A DNA stretch of 64,000 nt, taken from Rhynchopus sp. YZ270_cl-10. Taxonomy: Eukaryota. Numbering within the stretch: the stretch's first letter is position 1; each line of letters begins with the position of its first letter. Shown piece by piece: positions 47,461-58,945 of this stretch. The DNA is taken from assembly GCA_964035575.1 (NCBI GenBank), contig OZ037837.1:1426001-1490000 (forward strand), in the 5' to 3' direction. The notes beneath the pieces were generated by a model. That model was given only the letters and a program-made list of their open reading frames with translations. It searched no databases and was not told the DNA's origin. The position numbers and the translations under genes are program-made.

Positions 47461-48669
47461 ATGGAGATATGGTTTGAATGCACAACATCTGGACAACGCT
47501 GTGCTGCAGAGGTGGGGGAGGGTTGCAGTGCTGCAGATCTGCAGGAGCGTGCTGTTGCGGTGTTGTACCCACAGAGCGTGGTGTCGGCCGAGGCAGTGGG
47601 GCTGTGTGTGGATGGTGCTGATGGTGAGGTGCTGGCACCGGAGGTTCTGATTGCCCACACCGCACTGTGTGCAGGCGGGACTGTCTATGTGAGCAGAAGG
47701 AAGCAGGACAGCAGTGGTGTGTGGGTGCCGCAGCGCTACACTGTGCGATCCAGATCCAGATTCGCAGACATATGTGAGGGCACACTCGTGTTGGGTGGCC
47801 TGGACGCCGTCAGCATCAACCTCGTCACCACCAAGGTCACACCTCTCCCTCACATAGTAGCTCTTGTACATGAATATTTGGGCGAGGTGGTCAAGGTGGT
47901 TCTCATGCCACACCACATGGTATACTGCAGTTTACAGAGCAATGCTGTGTACTTTAGACTGCGGGACAGCGGTGCAGAGGTTATGGTACGTATGGCATGC
48001 AGGGTTGAGAGGCTTGTGGCCATGCGGGTCACCGAGACGGTGCTGATTGGGACGAATGGGCACATCGTACAGTACTCCTGTGAGGGGGTGAAGATGCGTA
48101 CCATTGATCACTCTGAGTATTCCTTGGGGTACCCCTTTGCAGTGTCACCCTGCGAGACCCTGTTGTTGAGCAACGGATACCCGACCGTTATGGTGTTCCG
48201 TCTGGACACCCCTGAGCTGAGTGTGGTGCACCGTGTGGACACAGGACTCTCTCAGTCGCTCTGTTTGCGTCCGTTGTTTTCGCCCGACGCAAGCCTCGCA
48301 GTGTTGAGCTGTGGCAACAACCACACCGTGCGCACCATTGACATCGTCTCCGGGCAGGCCCTCTGCACACTTCCCAGTGAAGACCTTATATGTGGTGCCT
48401 GTTTCAGTGCATGCTCGCGATACCTCTTCACGGCCTCTACCAGGAGTGTGCAGCAGTGGGACGCACGCAGTGGAGCTCCCATGGGACGCATCGACGCTGA
48501 CCACGCGCGGTATGTGTATGCTTCGACAGACGGGAGCAGGCTGGTTGTTGTTGGAAGCGTCATCTCGGTGCTCGACATTGCTGCCTTCAACATGCAGGTG
48601 TCAGAGCAGGACGCCTTGCAACATGGTCCCCCAGCCGAGGAGTCACGCTGCAGGTGTGTGTGTTCGTGA
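47461..48669 (+). CDS. Family B copy 7
   Basis: ATG at 47461 by homology; ends RCRCVCS. Confidence 0.8.
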   Translation: MEIWFECTTSGQRCAAEVGEGCSAADLQERAVAVLYPQSVVSAEAVGLCVDGADGEVLAPEVLIAHTALCAGGTVYVSRRKQDSSGVWVPQRYTVRSRSRFADICEGTLVLGGLDAVSINLVTTKVTPLPHIVALVHEYLGEVVKVVLMPHHMVYCSLQSNAVYFRLRDSGAEVMVRMACRVERLVAMRVTETVLIGTNGHIVQYSCEGVKMRTIDHSEYSLGYPFAVSPCETLLLSNGYPTVMVFRLDTPELSVVHRVDTGLSQSLCLRPLFSPDASLAVLSCGNNHTVRTIDIVSGQALCTLPSEDLICGACFSACSRYLFTASTRSVQQWDARSGAPMGRIDADHARYVYASTDGSRLVVVGSVISVLDIAAFNMQVSEQDALQHGPPAEESRCRCVCS

Positions 48670-49695
48670 AGGGGAGGGTGTTGCGGCATTGGTAGAGGGA
48701 GCATGGGCTGACTGCACGGTGACTCACTCTGCTGCATACGACGCCTCAAGGGGCGAACGAAAAAAGCAGATGGCAGAGGCACAGGTGCGGGCAGAGACGA
48801 GACGGAAGGAGGTGGACAACTAACACAGGACAGTGGGGAAAACTATATCATCTTGCAGGCGGAAGACGAAGAAACCGTTTCCCACGACTTGTTTTTCTAT
48901 AATGATGAAAGGTCTACTGTTGAACGAATGGAAAGTATATGAAATTGAGAATAGCCTTCCTTCAATAGTACTTCTCTCATCATATCCTGAAGGCAGTTTC
49001 TAATTTTCTTCTCGAACGTTTTGCACAAGAAAGCTGTACCCACTGTGGTTCAAAGAGCTCCAGCGGGGATAGTCGAGACCTCGAAAAAAATATTTTGGAA
49101 ATCTTGAAATTACATTTCACATTTTGTCGAGACTCGAAAACACCCAAAACCGCATCTCGCTCTGCACAAAGATCATCATACCACTGTGTGTATCGGTTTG
49201 TGTTGTTGCATCTTGCTTTCCCTTTTTTGAGGACCAATGACCAATCACAGAGAGGCTTACGGGAAACAATATATATGACAAACAGGTGCATATCCATGCA
49301 TATCATAGAACCTGGCACCTTGCGTGTCTTCCAAAAACCAAAAGCGTTGTGTGTGAAGTTTTGAAGGAAGGAAAAATAAAAACCCCTTCTCTTATACATG
49401 CAAAGCAAAGGCTTCAGTGAGGCTGCTTACCCAACCAAAGGATGTTGCAGCCATCCTATCTTCTCTCATGAGTCTGAAAAATAAAACAAAAACAAGATCC
49501 CACCCCATAAACCATTTCGACATCACACACCCCCTCCCTATGTGTTCTTGGATCACTGCAGAAGGTGTGTAACTAGGAGGTGCACATTCATCTTACAAAA
49601 GCAACCTTTGTTCCATTCACTGAAACATCCCCCATCCACTCAGCACACCGACACCCTGCTTCTCCCACCGCCCCCTCTCAGACAGTGACCACACA

Positions 49696-50916
49696 ATGGA
49701 GATATGGTTTGAATGCACAACATCTGGACAACGCTGTGCTGCAGAGGTGGGGGAGGGTTGCAGTGCTGCAGATCTGCAGGAGCGTGCTGTTGCGGTGTTG
49801 TACCCACAGAGCGTGGTGTCGGCCGAGGCAGTGGGGCTGTGTGTGGATGGTGCTGATGGTGAGGTGCTGGCACCGGAGGTTCTGATTGCCCACACCGCAC
49901 TGTGTGCAGGTGGGACTGTCTATGTGAGCAGACGCAAGCAGGACAGCAGTGGTGTGTGGGTGCCGCAGCGCTACACTGTGCGATCCAGATCCAGATTCGC
50001 AGAAGTATGCGAGGGCACACTCGTGTTGGGTGGCCTAGACGCCGTCAGCATCAACCTCGTCACCACCAAGGTCACACCTCTGCTTCATATAGAAGCTCTT
50101 GCACATGATTATTTGGGCAAGGTGCTCAAGGTGGTTCTCATGCCACACCACATGGTATACTGCAGTTTACAGAGCAATGCTGTGTACTTTAGACTGCGGG
50201 ACAGCGGTGCAGAGGTTGTGGTACGTATGGCATGCAGGGTTGTGAGGCTTGTGGCCATGCGGGTCACCGAGACGGTGCTGATTGGGACGAATGGGCACAT
50301 CGTACAGTACTCCTGCGAGGGGGTGAAGATGCGTACCATTGATCACTCTGAGTATTCCTTGGGGTACCCCTTTGCAGTGTCACCCTGCGAGACCCTGTTG
50401 TTGAGCAACGGATACCCGACCGTTGGGGTGTACCGTCTGGACACCCCTGAGCTGAGTGTGGTGCACCGTGTGGACACAGGACAGTGCCACTCGTCCTATT
50501 TGCGGCCGTTGTTTTCGCCCGACTCAAGCCTCGTAGTGTTGAGATGTGGGAGCAACAAACGCACCGTCCGTACCTTTGACATCGTCTCCGGGCAGGCCCT
50601 CTGCACACTTCCCGATGCGGCAAACCCTTTTCATGCTGCCTGTTTCAGTGCGTGCTCGCGATACCTCTTCACGGCCACTACGTGGAGTGTGTGGCAGTGG
50701 GACGCACGCAGTGGAGCTCCCATGGGACGCATCGACGCTGACAACCCGCGGTCTGTGCATGCCTCGACAGACGGGAGCAGGCTGGTCGTTCTAGAAGAAG
50801 GCGCCATCTCGGTGCTCGACATTGCTGCCTTCAACATGCAGGTGTCAGAGGAGGACGCCTTGCAACATGGTCCCCCAGCCGAGGAGTCACGCTGCAGTAG
50901 GTGTGTGTGTTCGTGA
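49696..50916 (+). CDS. Family B copy 8
   Basis: Paralog; ends CSRCVCS. Confidence 0.8.
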   Translation: MEIWFECTTSGQRCAAEVGEGCSAADLQERAVAVLYPQSVVSAEAVGLCVDGADGEVLAPEVLIAHTALCAGGTVYVSRRKQDSSGVWVPQRYTVRSRSRFAEVCEGTLVLGGLDAVSINLVTTKVTPLLHIEALAHDYLGKVLKVVLMPHHMVYCSLQSNAVYFRLRDSGAEVVVRMACRVVRLVAMRVTETVLIGTNGHIVQYSCEGVKMRTIDHSEYSLGYPFAVSPCETLLLSNGYPTVGVYRLDTPELSVVHRVDTGQCHSSYLRPLFSPDSSLVVLRCGSNKRTVRTFDIVSGQALCTLPDAANPFHAACFSACSRYLFTATTWSVWQWDARSGAPMGRIDADNPRSVHASTDGSRLVVLEEGAISVLDIAAFNMQVSEEDALQHGPPAEESRCSRCVCS

Positions 50917-52345
50917 AGTGGAAGGGTGTGGGGGACAGTGCTGGCGGTAGGCTACTTCATGCAGGTGGCGAAGAGCACTGCAGGATCCACGTCTCCTTCA
51001 GAGTGGACACGTGCAGCTCGGCAGGTGGGTCGACTCTCGGAGACATACTTGTGAACAGACGTGGTGAGAATGTGTTGCTGTCCCTGACGTGTCCTGCCGC
51101 AGAGCAGCAGGGGTGGTTCGTTGGGTCGTGCTTCTACGGCATGGGCCTGCGGGTGGTTGAAGCTGTTTGTTGTTGAGCTGAGTGAGATGAGCAAGAAAGG
51201 AATTGTTTAAGCAATCTTTATCTGCTGTTGACTGGGAAATCGAGATCTCGAAAACGATTTTGGAAATATCGAAATATCATTTCACTTTCAGTCGAGACTC
51301 GAAACAAGAAACCCAAAACCACACCTCGCTCGCACAAAGATCTTTACACGACTGTGTTGTTGACTGTCGGTTTTTTTCATTGCATCTTGCTTTCCCTTTT
51401 ATGAAGTGACCAAGCACAGAGAGGCTTAGGTTCATCTCAACTCTTCTCTGTGTTTCCCTTTCTCTTAAACATGCAAAGCAAAGGCTTCGGTGAGGCTGCT
51501 TACCCAACCAAAGGATGTTGCAGCCATCCTATCTTCTCTCATGGGTCTTGCAGCAGCACGGTGCCTCTTTGTTTCAGTCGGGTGTGCACAACATGCACAC
51601 TCATCTTTGATTCACAGTGAGTCACCCACCAAGATGGGTACTTCTGGTGAATAAGATTTCCAGCACAAGAAGAAATGAAATACCCCCCCCTTCTTTATTT
51701 ATTCGTTGTTTGTTGTTTGTTGATCGCATCCATCCTCGTCCGTACTTCAGGTAAAGCACACAGTGCTTTTGGTAGTTTGAAACACCCTTTGTGAAAACAG
51801 TCCGCACTAAAGTCAGATGTCCGCTCTGTACTTAGAGGATGCGTCCAATGAAAATCACGTCAGTAGAAAAGTTCGAGAATGTAGGTTTTATTATTTTGCA
51901 GACAACAACGCAGTGTAACGCGAGTGTACTTTTGTTATAGGTCAAATGCAGTTGACAGGGGGAAATGCTACGGTAGCTCTAACTGTTTTCACCCTCATTT
52001 GTGCTCCTCCCTTCTCACTCATCACCAGCTGTACTGCAGGACTTTCACTTTCTTCCCTTTTCTATTTGGCTCTGTTTTGTAAAGTGGAAGCGTACAACTA
52101 GCAACCTCTCCCCTGTTTCGTTTCCCGTTTTTCCTGTGTGGGTGAAGATGGTTATTGACACCGTAGTATTTTGTACGTGCTGTCGCGATTTGCCCAAAAA
52201 TGTGTACCATTGACTTTTGCGGTGGCACCTTTCCCTCTTCATGCTCAGTGAGATATCCCCACGCACCATACACGCCACACCACACACCTGAATAGGCAGC
52301 TGATTACACATCCCCACCCTTTCTCTTCTGCGTCTATATCCAAAA

Positions 52346-52415
52346 GAGGTGTCTTGTTATGTTGAAGGGTTTTTCTGTGAGAGGTGTCTTGTTATGTTGA
52401 AGGGTTTTTCTGTGA
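52346..52415 (+). repeat. 35-bp perfect tandem duplication
   Basis: gaggtgtcttgttatgttgaagggtttttctgtga twice. Confidence 0.95.
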
Positions 52416-52469
52416 GATGTTTGCGCAACAGAAAGATGATTCCGTTCGGTCGACGCTGGAACACCACAC

Positions 52470-53636
52470 ATGTGGCGGGTGAAGTGCCGCAAGCAACATC
52501 ATGGACACACCCAGACTGTGCGCAATCTTGCGGGTTTGCCAGAGGTGGACGTGAAGCACGCAGATGAGAACGGGATGACTGCGTTGCACTGGGAAGCAAA
52601 GAGAGGCTATCCTGATGTGCAGGCGCTCGTTGATGCAGGGGCAGACATCGAGGCAAGGAACAGCTTGGGATGTTCGCCTCTGCTTGTGGCTTGCGAGAAC
52701 GGGAATGTGGGAAAGGTGAAGATGTTGGTTGAAGCAGGTGCGGAAGTAAGTGCCACAGACAATAAAGGTGAGACGTGTCTTACCATGGCGGCACAGCATG
52801 GGCACACCGAGACTGTGCGCTATCTTGCGGGCTTGAAGGATGTGGATGTGAACAGCGCAGACGATAAAAACTTATCTGCGTTGCACAAAGCGGTGGACGG
52901 AGGACATGTCGGTACCGTGCAGGTGCTCATTGATGCAGGGGCAGATGTCAAGGGAAAGGATGACAATTGGTGGTCGCCTCTGCACTTTGCTGGCAGGAAG
53001 GGGAATATGACAATTGTGAAGATGTTGGTCGAAGCAGGTGCGGATGTAAGTGCCAGAAACCACTGCGATTGGACGTGTCTTACCACGGCTGCATATAATG
53101 GGCACACCAAGACTGTGCGCTATCTTGTGGGCTTGAAGGATGTGGACGTGATTACCGCAGATAAGTACGACTTCACTGCGCTGCACTGTGCGGTGGTTAA
53201 AGGACATGTCGATGTGGTGCAGGTGCTCATTGATGCAGGGGCAGACGTCGACGCAGAAGACGACAAGGGACGTTCGCCTCTGCACGAGGCTAGCCTGATG
53301 GGGAATAAGGCAATTGTGAAGATGTTGGTCGAAGCAGGTGCAGATGCAAGTGCCACAGACAATAAAGGTGACACGTGTCTTGCCCTTGCAGAAGTTCTTG
53401 GGTACACCAATATCATGCGCTATCTTGAGAACTTGCCGGAAGTGGACGTGAAGCACACTGATAAGTTGGGAAGCACTGCACTGGAAGCAGCGCCGGAGCA
53501 CTGCAATGCGATGAAGGAGGAAATGAAAGCACTGCAGGAAATGATGAAGAGTGTTATGGACCAGCAGAAGGAGATGTTGGAGGCGATCGAAAGTCTGGAC
53601 AAGACACAACGCAAAGATGAAGGCAAAGGACTGTGA
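52470..53636 (+). CDS. Ankyrin-repeat protein with C-terminal coiled coil (5' end uncertain)
   Basis: SPLH/TALH...G...V..L..AGADV repeats in a 300-bp, three-ankyrin period; C-terminal MKEEMKALQEMMKSV heptads. Confidence 0.85.
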   Translation: MWRVKCRKQHHGHTQTVRNLAGLPEVDVKHADENGMTALHWEAKRGYPDVQALVDAGADIEARNSLGCSPLLVACENGNVGKVKMLVEAGAEVSATDNKGETCLTMAAQHGHTETVRYLAGLKDVDVNSADDKNLSALHKAVDGGHVGTVQVLIDAGADVKGKDDNWWSPLHFAGRKGNMTIVKMLVEAGADVSARNHCDWTCLTTAAYNGHTKTVRYLVGLKDVDVITADKYDFTALHCAVVKGHVDVVQVLIDAGADVDAEDDKGRSPLHEASLMGNKAIVKMLVEAGADASATDNKGDTCLALAEVLGYTNIMRYLENLPEVDVKHTDKLGSTALEAAPEHCNAMKEEMKALQEMMKSVMDQQKEMLEAIESLDKTQRKDEGKGL

Positions 53637-56250
53637 GAGCACGGAGGAGGATAAGTGCGTGGACATCAGACCACGACAGGGTCGTATTGTTCACCTCAAA
53701 AACCCTTCATTTCTTTTTTAATTTGCACGAAAGTCAAATGTATACACTTAAAGTGTCATAGTCAGATCTCCTCACACAAAATAGTCAGATCTTTTCAATG
53801 TATATCAGTTGGCTCTCCGAAAATTTCCCCACAATAGCCCTGGCTTCTTCTGATAAGCGCGATAACAGGGTTGTATCCTGGTTAAGGACCAGACAGCTGA
53901 AACCAGAACATTAACATTTTTGCCCCTCCCATTTTCTTCTTCTTTCCACAAAGGAGCGTGGATGCTGAGCAGAGTTTAAAGCAATCTTGCCTGTCCTTGT
54001 CGTTTGCAGCCAACACCAAAGAAAATGCTTTGTTCGGAAAAATAACATGTGGCCAAAGCAGTACAGAGAGAACCAACCATTTTTTAACCAAACTGTTTCA
54101 TTAACCCACCCCACCCCACCCTCGTTGATACTCCCTCTCCACTGCATACATGCTTTACACACACCTTGGGGCCATATTCTGCACAAGAATCACCCCTATT
54201 AATTATCAAACACACACACACACCTCTTAAATGGGCAGCAGTCCTCGGACAGGTGAGTGGCGACACCTCCCTTGCGAGCTATCTAATGCACAAGCAGAAG
54301 TCACACCAAGGCTCTGCGGCTGCTGAGTGTAACATATTTCGCCTCTCCCTTCCTCCTCTCTTCGCCCTCGGGTCTTCTACCTCACAGCTGTCTTTTTGTC
54401 AAACGCTTTGCCGCAACCTTTCTTACAGCCTTTTGGGGCACTGTCAAGAGCCACACTTAGTGGGCCAGACTGTCCTTCTCCCTATTTTTATTTTTGTACA
54501 CAAACATACGAAGCGGTACGCGTCGGTTTGTAAGGAAATTATACAGACTGAAATGATTGGGTTCTTTCGGATCGAATGATTTGAATAGTGTGTGTGTGTG
54601 TGTTCGGAAGTAAATACTGTCTCTTTTCTGTCTTGTTCAATGTTCATTGTTTCCCTTTCATTGTCCTTTGCTTGCTTCCCGACTCCAATTCAATCAATAC
54701 TCACAGAGGGGGCCAACAATACAATTAGTGTTTCTCGTTTAGGGAAGACATAAAGGAACAGGGCGATGTGTGCACTGAAAATCACTTTTGTAGAAAATTT
54801 CGAGAATGTAAGTTTTATTATTGTGAGATGCGAGACAGTCTTGAGGTGACACGTCGGTTATTGTTCATGAAGTCTATCAGAAAGTTGTAAATTGTGAAAT
54901 ATTCTTACCTTTGTGGAGTGCATGGGAAATGGTCGTATCAGTGGTGAAAGAGCAACAACGTCGTTTCTGAATTATGCTGTTTCCATTGATTCTGCAATTG
55001 AGTGCGAAGGTGCAAAGACGTGTGTGAAGAAACCCAAAAGGGAAAGAGCGGTGTGAGGTGAACGGTGTGGCCCAGGAATGGAGTCACATCATCTCCTCCT
55101 CGCCCACGAAGTGTGAACAAAAATATGGAAAATACGATCATGAAATTACTGGGGCACATGGTCACCGTGCGGGCAGTGACTCAACCCCCACCACACCACA
55201 CCCCACACCTTCCCATCCCATCCCCTCCACCGCATGTACATTACACCACACGCACTCATAAGGACAGCTGTCCTCGGACAGGTGAGTAGCGACACCCCCT
55301 AACACACCTGAAGCAGAAGCCTCGTCCTCAGGCTCTGCGACGGGCCAGTGTCATAACCTTTACACATTGTATGTTCAGTTCTCCCTCTCATCTCTTTGCC
55401 TCACAGGGCAGGGCTTTCTGTTGTAATCGTGCAGCCACCTTCACGTCTGAATTGAAAGTAGTGAAACCGTGGTCATGTCTGCCCCACCCTATTTAACCCC
55501 TCAAAAACCCACTTCAACCCTTTTTGTTTTTGTATTATTACACTCCTTTCGCGCTTTCCTCTCCTTTAATGTATCACCACCACACACACACTTGCTCCCC
55601 TATTTTCAACCACTGTGTGTTTTCCTCATCGAGATTGCGATGGACGTTAATAAAAAGACTGTTCTCCCCTTTGTTGTTTTTGTGCTGAATACTTTCATAA
55701 ACACAAACGAAAAAACAGGTATTGTTTAGGACAAAAGGTTTTTACGTTTTTACACCCAACGTCACTCATTTGGCGTAGATCGGGCTACACACAGCGAGAG
55801 GGTGGAGGTGGGCACATCTCACAGCACCTTCTAGCAACGATGGTAGTGCACCCTGCTACACATCTGATGGGGTGGCACGCAGAGGAAGGGTGTACCCTTC
55901 CAGCCCAGGTGTTATGTGTCGAATACCAAGCGTCCTAGCCAGCTCTTTGTGCTTGATAGAAAATGATCCAATGTTCAAGCTGTTGGCAGTCTGTTGCGTG
56001 AAGGATGTTAGGGAAGGTGTGCTTGCCACACAGGTGGGATGTACACTATTCCAGCTATGCACCACTGCAGTGCATGACACCGACAACAGCCGTGCCCTGC
56101 TTGTAGGTGCACAGCACAACGCGGTGTGATACACGTGACACATAGCGGTGCGTCCTTCATGTGCACGTACTCCTTCACTCTGTTTCCATCCCATGCCACC
56201 AACCCCTTCCAGACACCCCTGCACCCTCCCACCTCTTCGAAACACACAAC

Positions 56251-57915
56251 ATGGTGTCTGACACGCAGCCCACCGCACCACAGATGCCGAGCTGTGAGAA
56301 CTGTGGCGTGCCTGCACAGCTCCAGTGCGGGATCTGCACGGAGATGTTCTTCTGCGACACACCTGCATGCTTCGAAGTGTTCCACTCATCCTTGAGGCCA
56401 CGTGACCGTGAGGCACATCGCGCTTCTGTGACTCCGTACGGGACGTCGTCGAAGTGTGCACAGCACCCAGGCCAAGAGCTGTCCCTCGTCTGTGAAGACC
56501 CTGCGTGTGGAGACGCGTTGATCTGCATACACTGTGCTTACTTCAGACACACGGGACACAAGACAGTTGACATCACGGACTAGACAGACCTGACAGCACA
56601 ACGGACTGCTGCAGAGGAGAAGTGCCGTGTGCTTGAGGCACTCCCACTCACGGAGGACAGGTACAAAGACCTTCTCCTGTAGACACACGTCGGGCACCTC
56701 GTGATGCGTGAGGATGTGTCGCGCAGCGAAGTCGTGTGTGAGGAGGAGGTGGCACGGAGCTTCCTCACACAGGCACTCAGTCGTGAAGGGGAGGTGTGTG
56801 CGCTGAAGACGTTTGTTGCGAAGGCAGGACACATGATTGCTGAGTGCGAGGCGGTGTGCCAGCTTGGGGACGACCAGGTGCTGCGTGCGGTCGCAGAGTC
56901 GCAGGCCGTTGTGCGGAGCATCAACAGCATGGCAGCGAGTGGAGACCGCCACCGCCTTGTGGGTGCTGCAGACCCACACACAACGTTTTCCCTGAAGCTG
57001 CCTGTTTCGAACGTGCACGACGCCCTTGCCCAGATGTCTGCGCTTGTTGTGCCTGTCCTTGTGCAGGGGTTGGATGGAGTGGAACACGAGATTGAGGTGG
57101 GTGTGTTTGACACGGGCAGGGACTTGCTTCGGAAGGTGGCGTCTGCAGTGGGGTTGCGTGAAGGCTGCTTCCACCTGAGTTTCGGAGATGAAGTGATTGC
57201 AGAAGGAGAGGACGTGGTGCAGCTGAGGGGTCACAGGGTTGTTGTAACGCATTCCAATACAGAGAAGAGGAAGCAGGATGCCATTGCAGCACTTCGTGCG
57301 TTGGGTGAGACAACACTTACATCACAAAGGTTGAAGCCTAAAATGAAGCAGGTAACCAATCTGGGCACTTTACGGGATATTATGTGGACACTTGATTGGT
57401 CTCGGTGTGGCTTCAGCGACGAAGAGGGCTGCCGAATGCTTGACAAGGTTGCAAAAGAAAGGCCACAGACCATAGCATACCACACTGCATGGACGCTCAA
57501 GTTCGGTGACAACAGGTTCGGGGTGTCCTTTGTGAGGCACCTCATTGAGCACATCCTGTCTGCACAGCCCCGTCTGGTCAAAGTTCTAGAACTGCCCGGG
57601 TGTGACCTAACAGATGACTGCTTGCGCCACATCACGCATTGGTTGAACTCATCCGCTAAAATACCTCTTCATAAACTTATCATTCACCGTAATCGCGCCC
57701 TTACCCGTGAAACTGTAATCAAGTTTGTTCAGTTTGCGGACCAACGTTACAGGGAATGGTGGCCTGCGTTCTGGCTTGACGTGCACACATCACTTTTCAG
57801 GCAACTGCTCCAACCAGGGTCGAGAGAGTACCCCAATCAGATGAGAGGTCTGGACAGTGACACTGACTCAAGGCACGTTGCAGTAGGTTGGTGGCAGAAC
57901 CTCAGGTACAGGTGA
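56251..57915 (+). pseudogene. Family A copy 5: internal stops and a deletion; BspA LRR replaced by an unrelated LRR-like C-terminus
   Basis: TAG at 56581 after a deletion and a second TAG near 56679; homology ends at QRLK (~57336), then an in-frame novel sequence follows. Confidence 0.8.
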
Positions 57916-58945
57916 CGGAGGTGCCGGTAGGGAAGTTGGCTGTACCTGCGTTGGGAGCCACACTGGCGGAGGCCATCAACAAGAAGCTGGCAGACCCCGA
58001 CACGAAGAGCTTTCAGTGTAGGCAGAGGAAAGTAGCGGCAGCGGTTCTTCTGTCTGACCAGCCGACTGGATCGCAAAACGGGCGCACGCTGAAAGAAACG
58101 CGTGCGTAAGCAGACGTGCTGGGTGGCGTGCACGGACGCAGTCCCGGCCATGGAAATCGCGAAGGAGCAGCCTGCATTCTGAACAGAACACAGCCTCTCG
58201 TTGCTTGCATGGCCTCTCATTAACCTCTGTGCACACCTGTTAAAAAAAACCGGTATTTTGCCGCCAGGGACCATTTCAAGGGAGTCGCGGGGACAACCTT
58301 TGCTCTCCCTTCTTCACACCAAAACGGCCACCCCCCTACAGTACGAGAAAGTATCGCCCCTTTTGCCGTACGAGATATTGTCCCCCCCCCCCCCCTCACT
58401 TTTCCCCTAGGGGGGACAATTTCAAGGGGGTCGGAGGGGGGGGACAATTCACGGGGGAGGGTCGGTATTGCTTTATTGTTTGCGGGGTAGGGGGGGAAAT
58501 GAAATACCCCCCCTTCTTTATTTATTCGTTGTTTGTTGTTTGTTGATCGCATCCATCCCGAAATACCCCGAAAACCCACGTCCTGAAGTACGGGGGAGAG
58601 GTGGAGCACAAAAGGGGGGTAAGGGGAAACGGTAACACTCATGGCAACCGAAGAAAGCGTTTTTCATTTCCAGACGTATTGCATACTCGTATAAAATAAA
58701 ATGAACAAGATAAAACAATAAGCTCGCGTTTCTTTTATCGAACAGATTTTATTCTCCGCCCCGTACCCAAAACGTAAACACCACTTTGAATCAGAAAAAA
58801 TATTTTCCTCTCCTTTTTTCTTCCACACGCGCCGGTTTTTGTATTTCGCTAATTTTTATCAAAAAGCTTTCCCTCCCTCCGCTCCCTGCTTTCTTCTTCT
58901 AAAAATAGTGCCTCATTGGCTAACCTGCTTGATCAGCTTGTTCTG

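Noticed and set aside
54387..54482. Complete MULE copy
   Set aside because: Only a degenerate right end similar to 24664-24688; no convincing left TIR or TSD.
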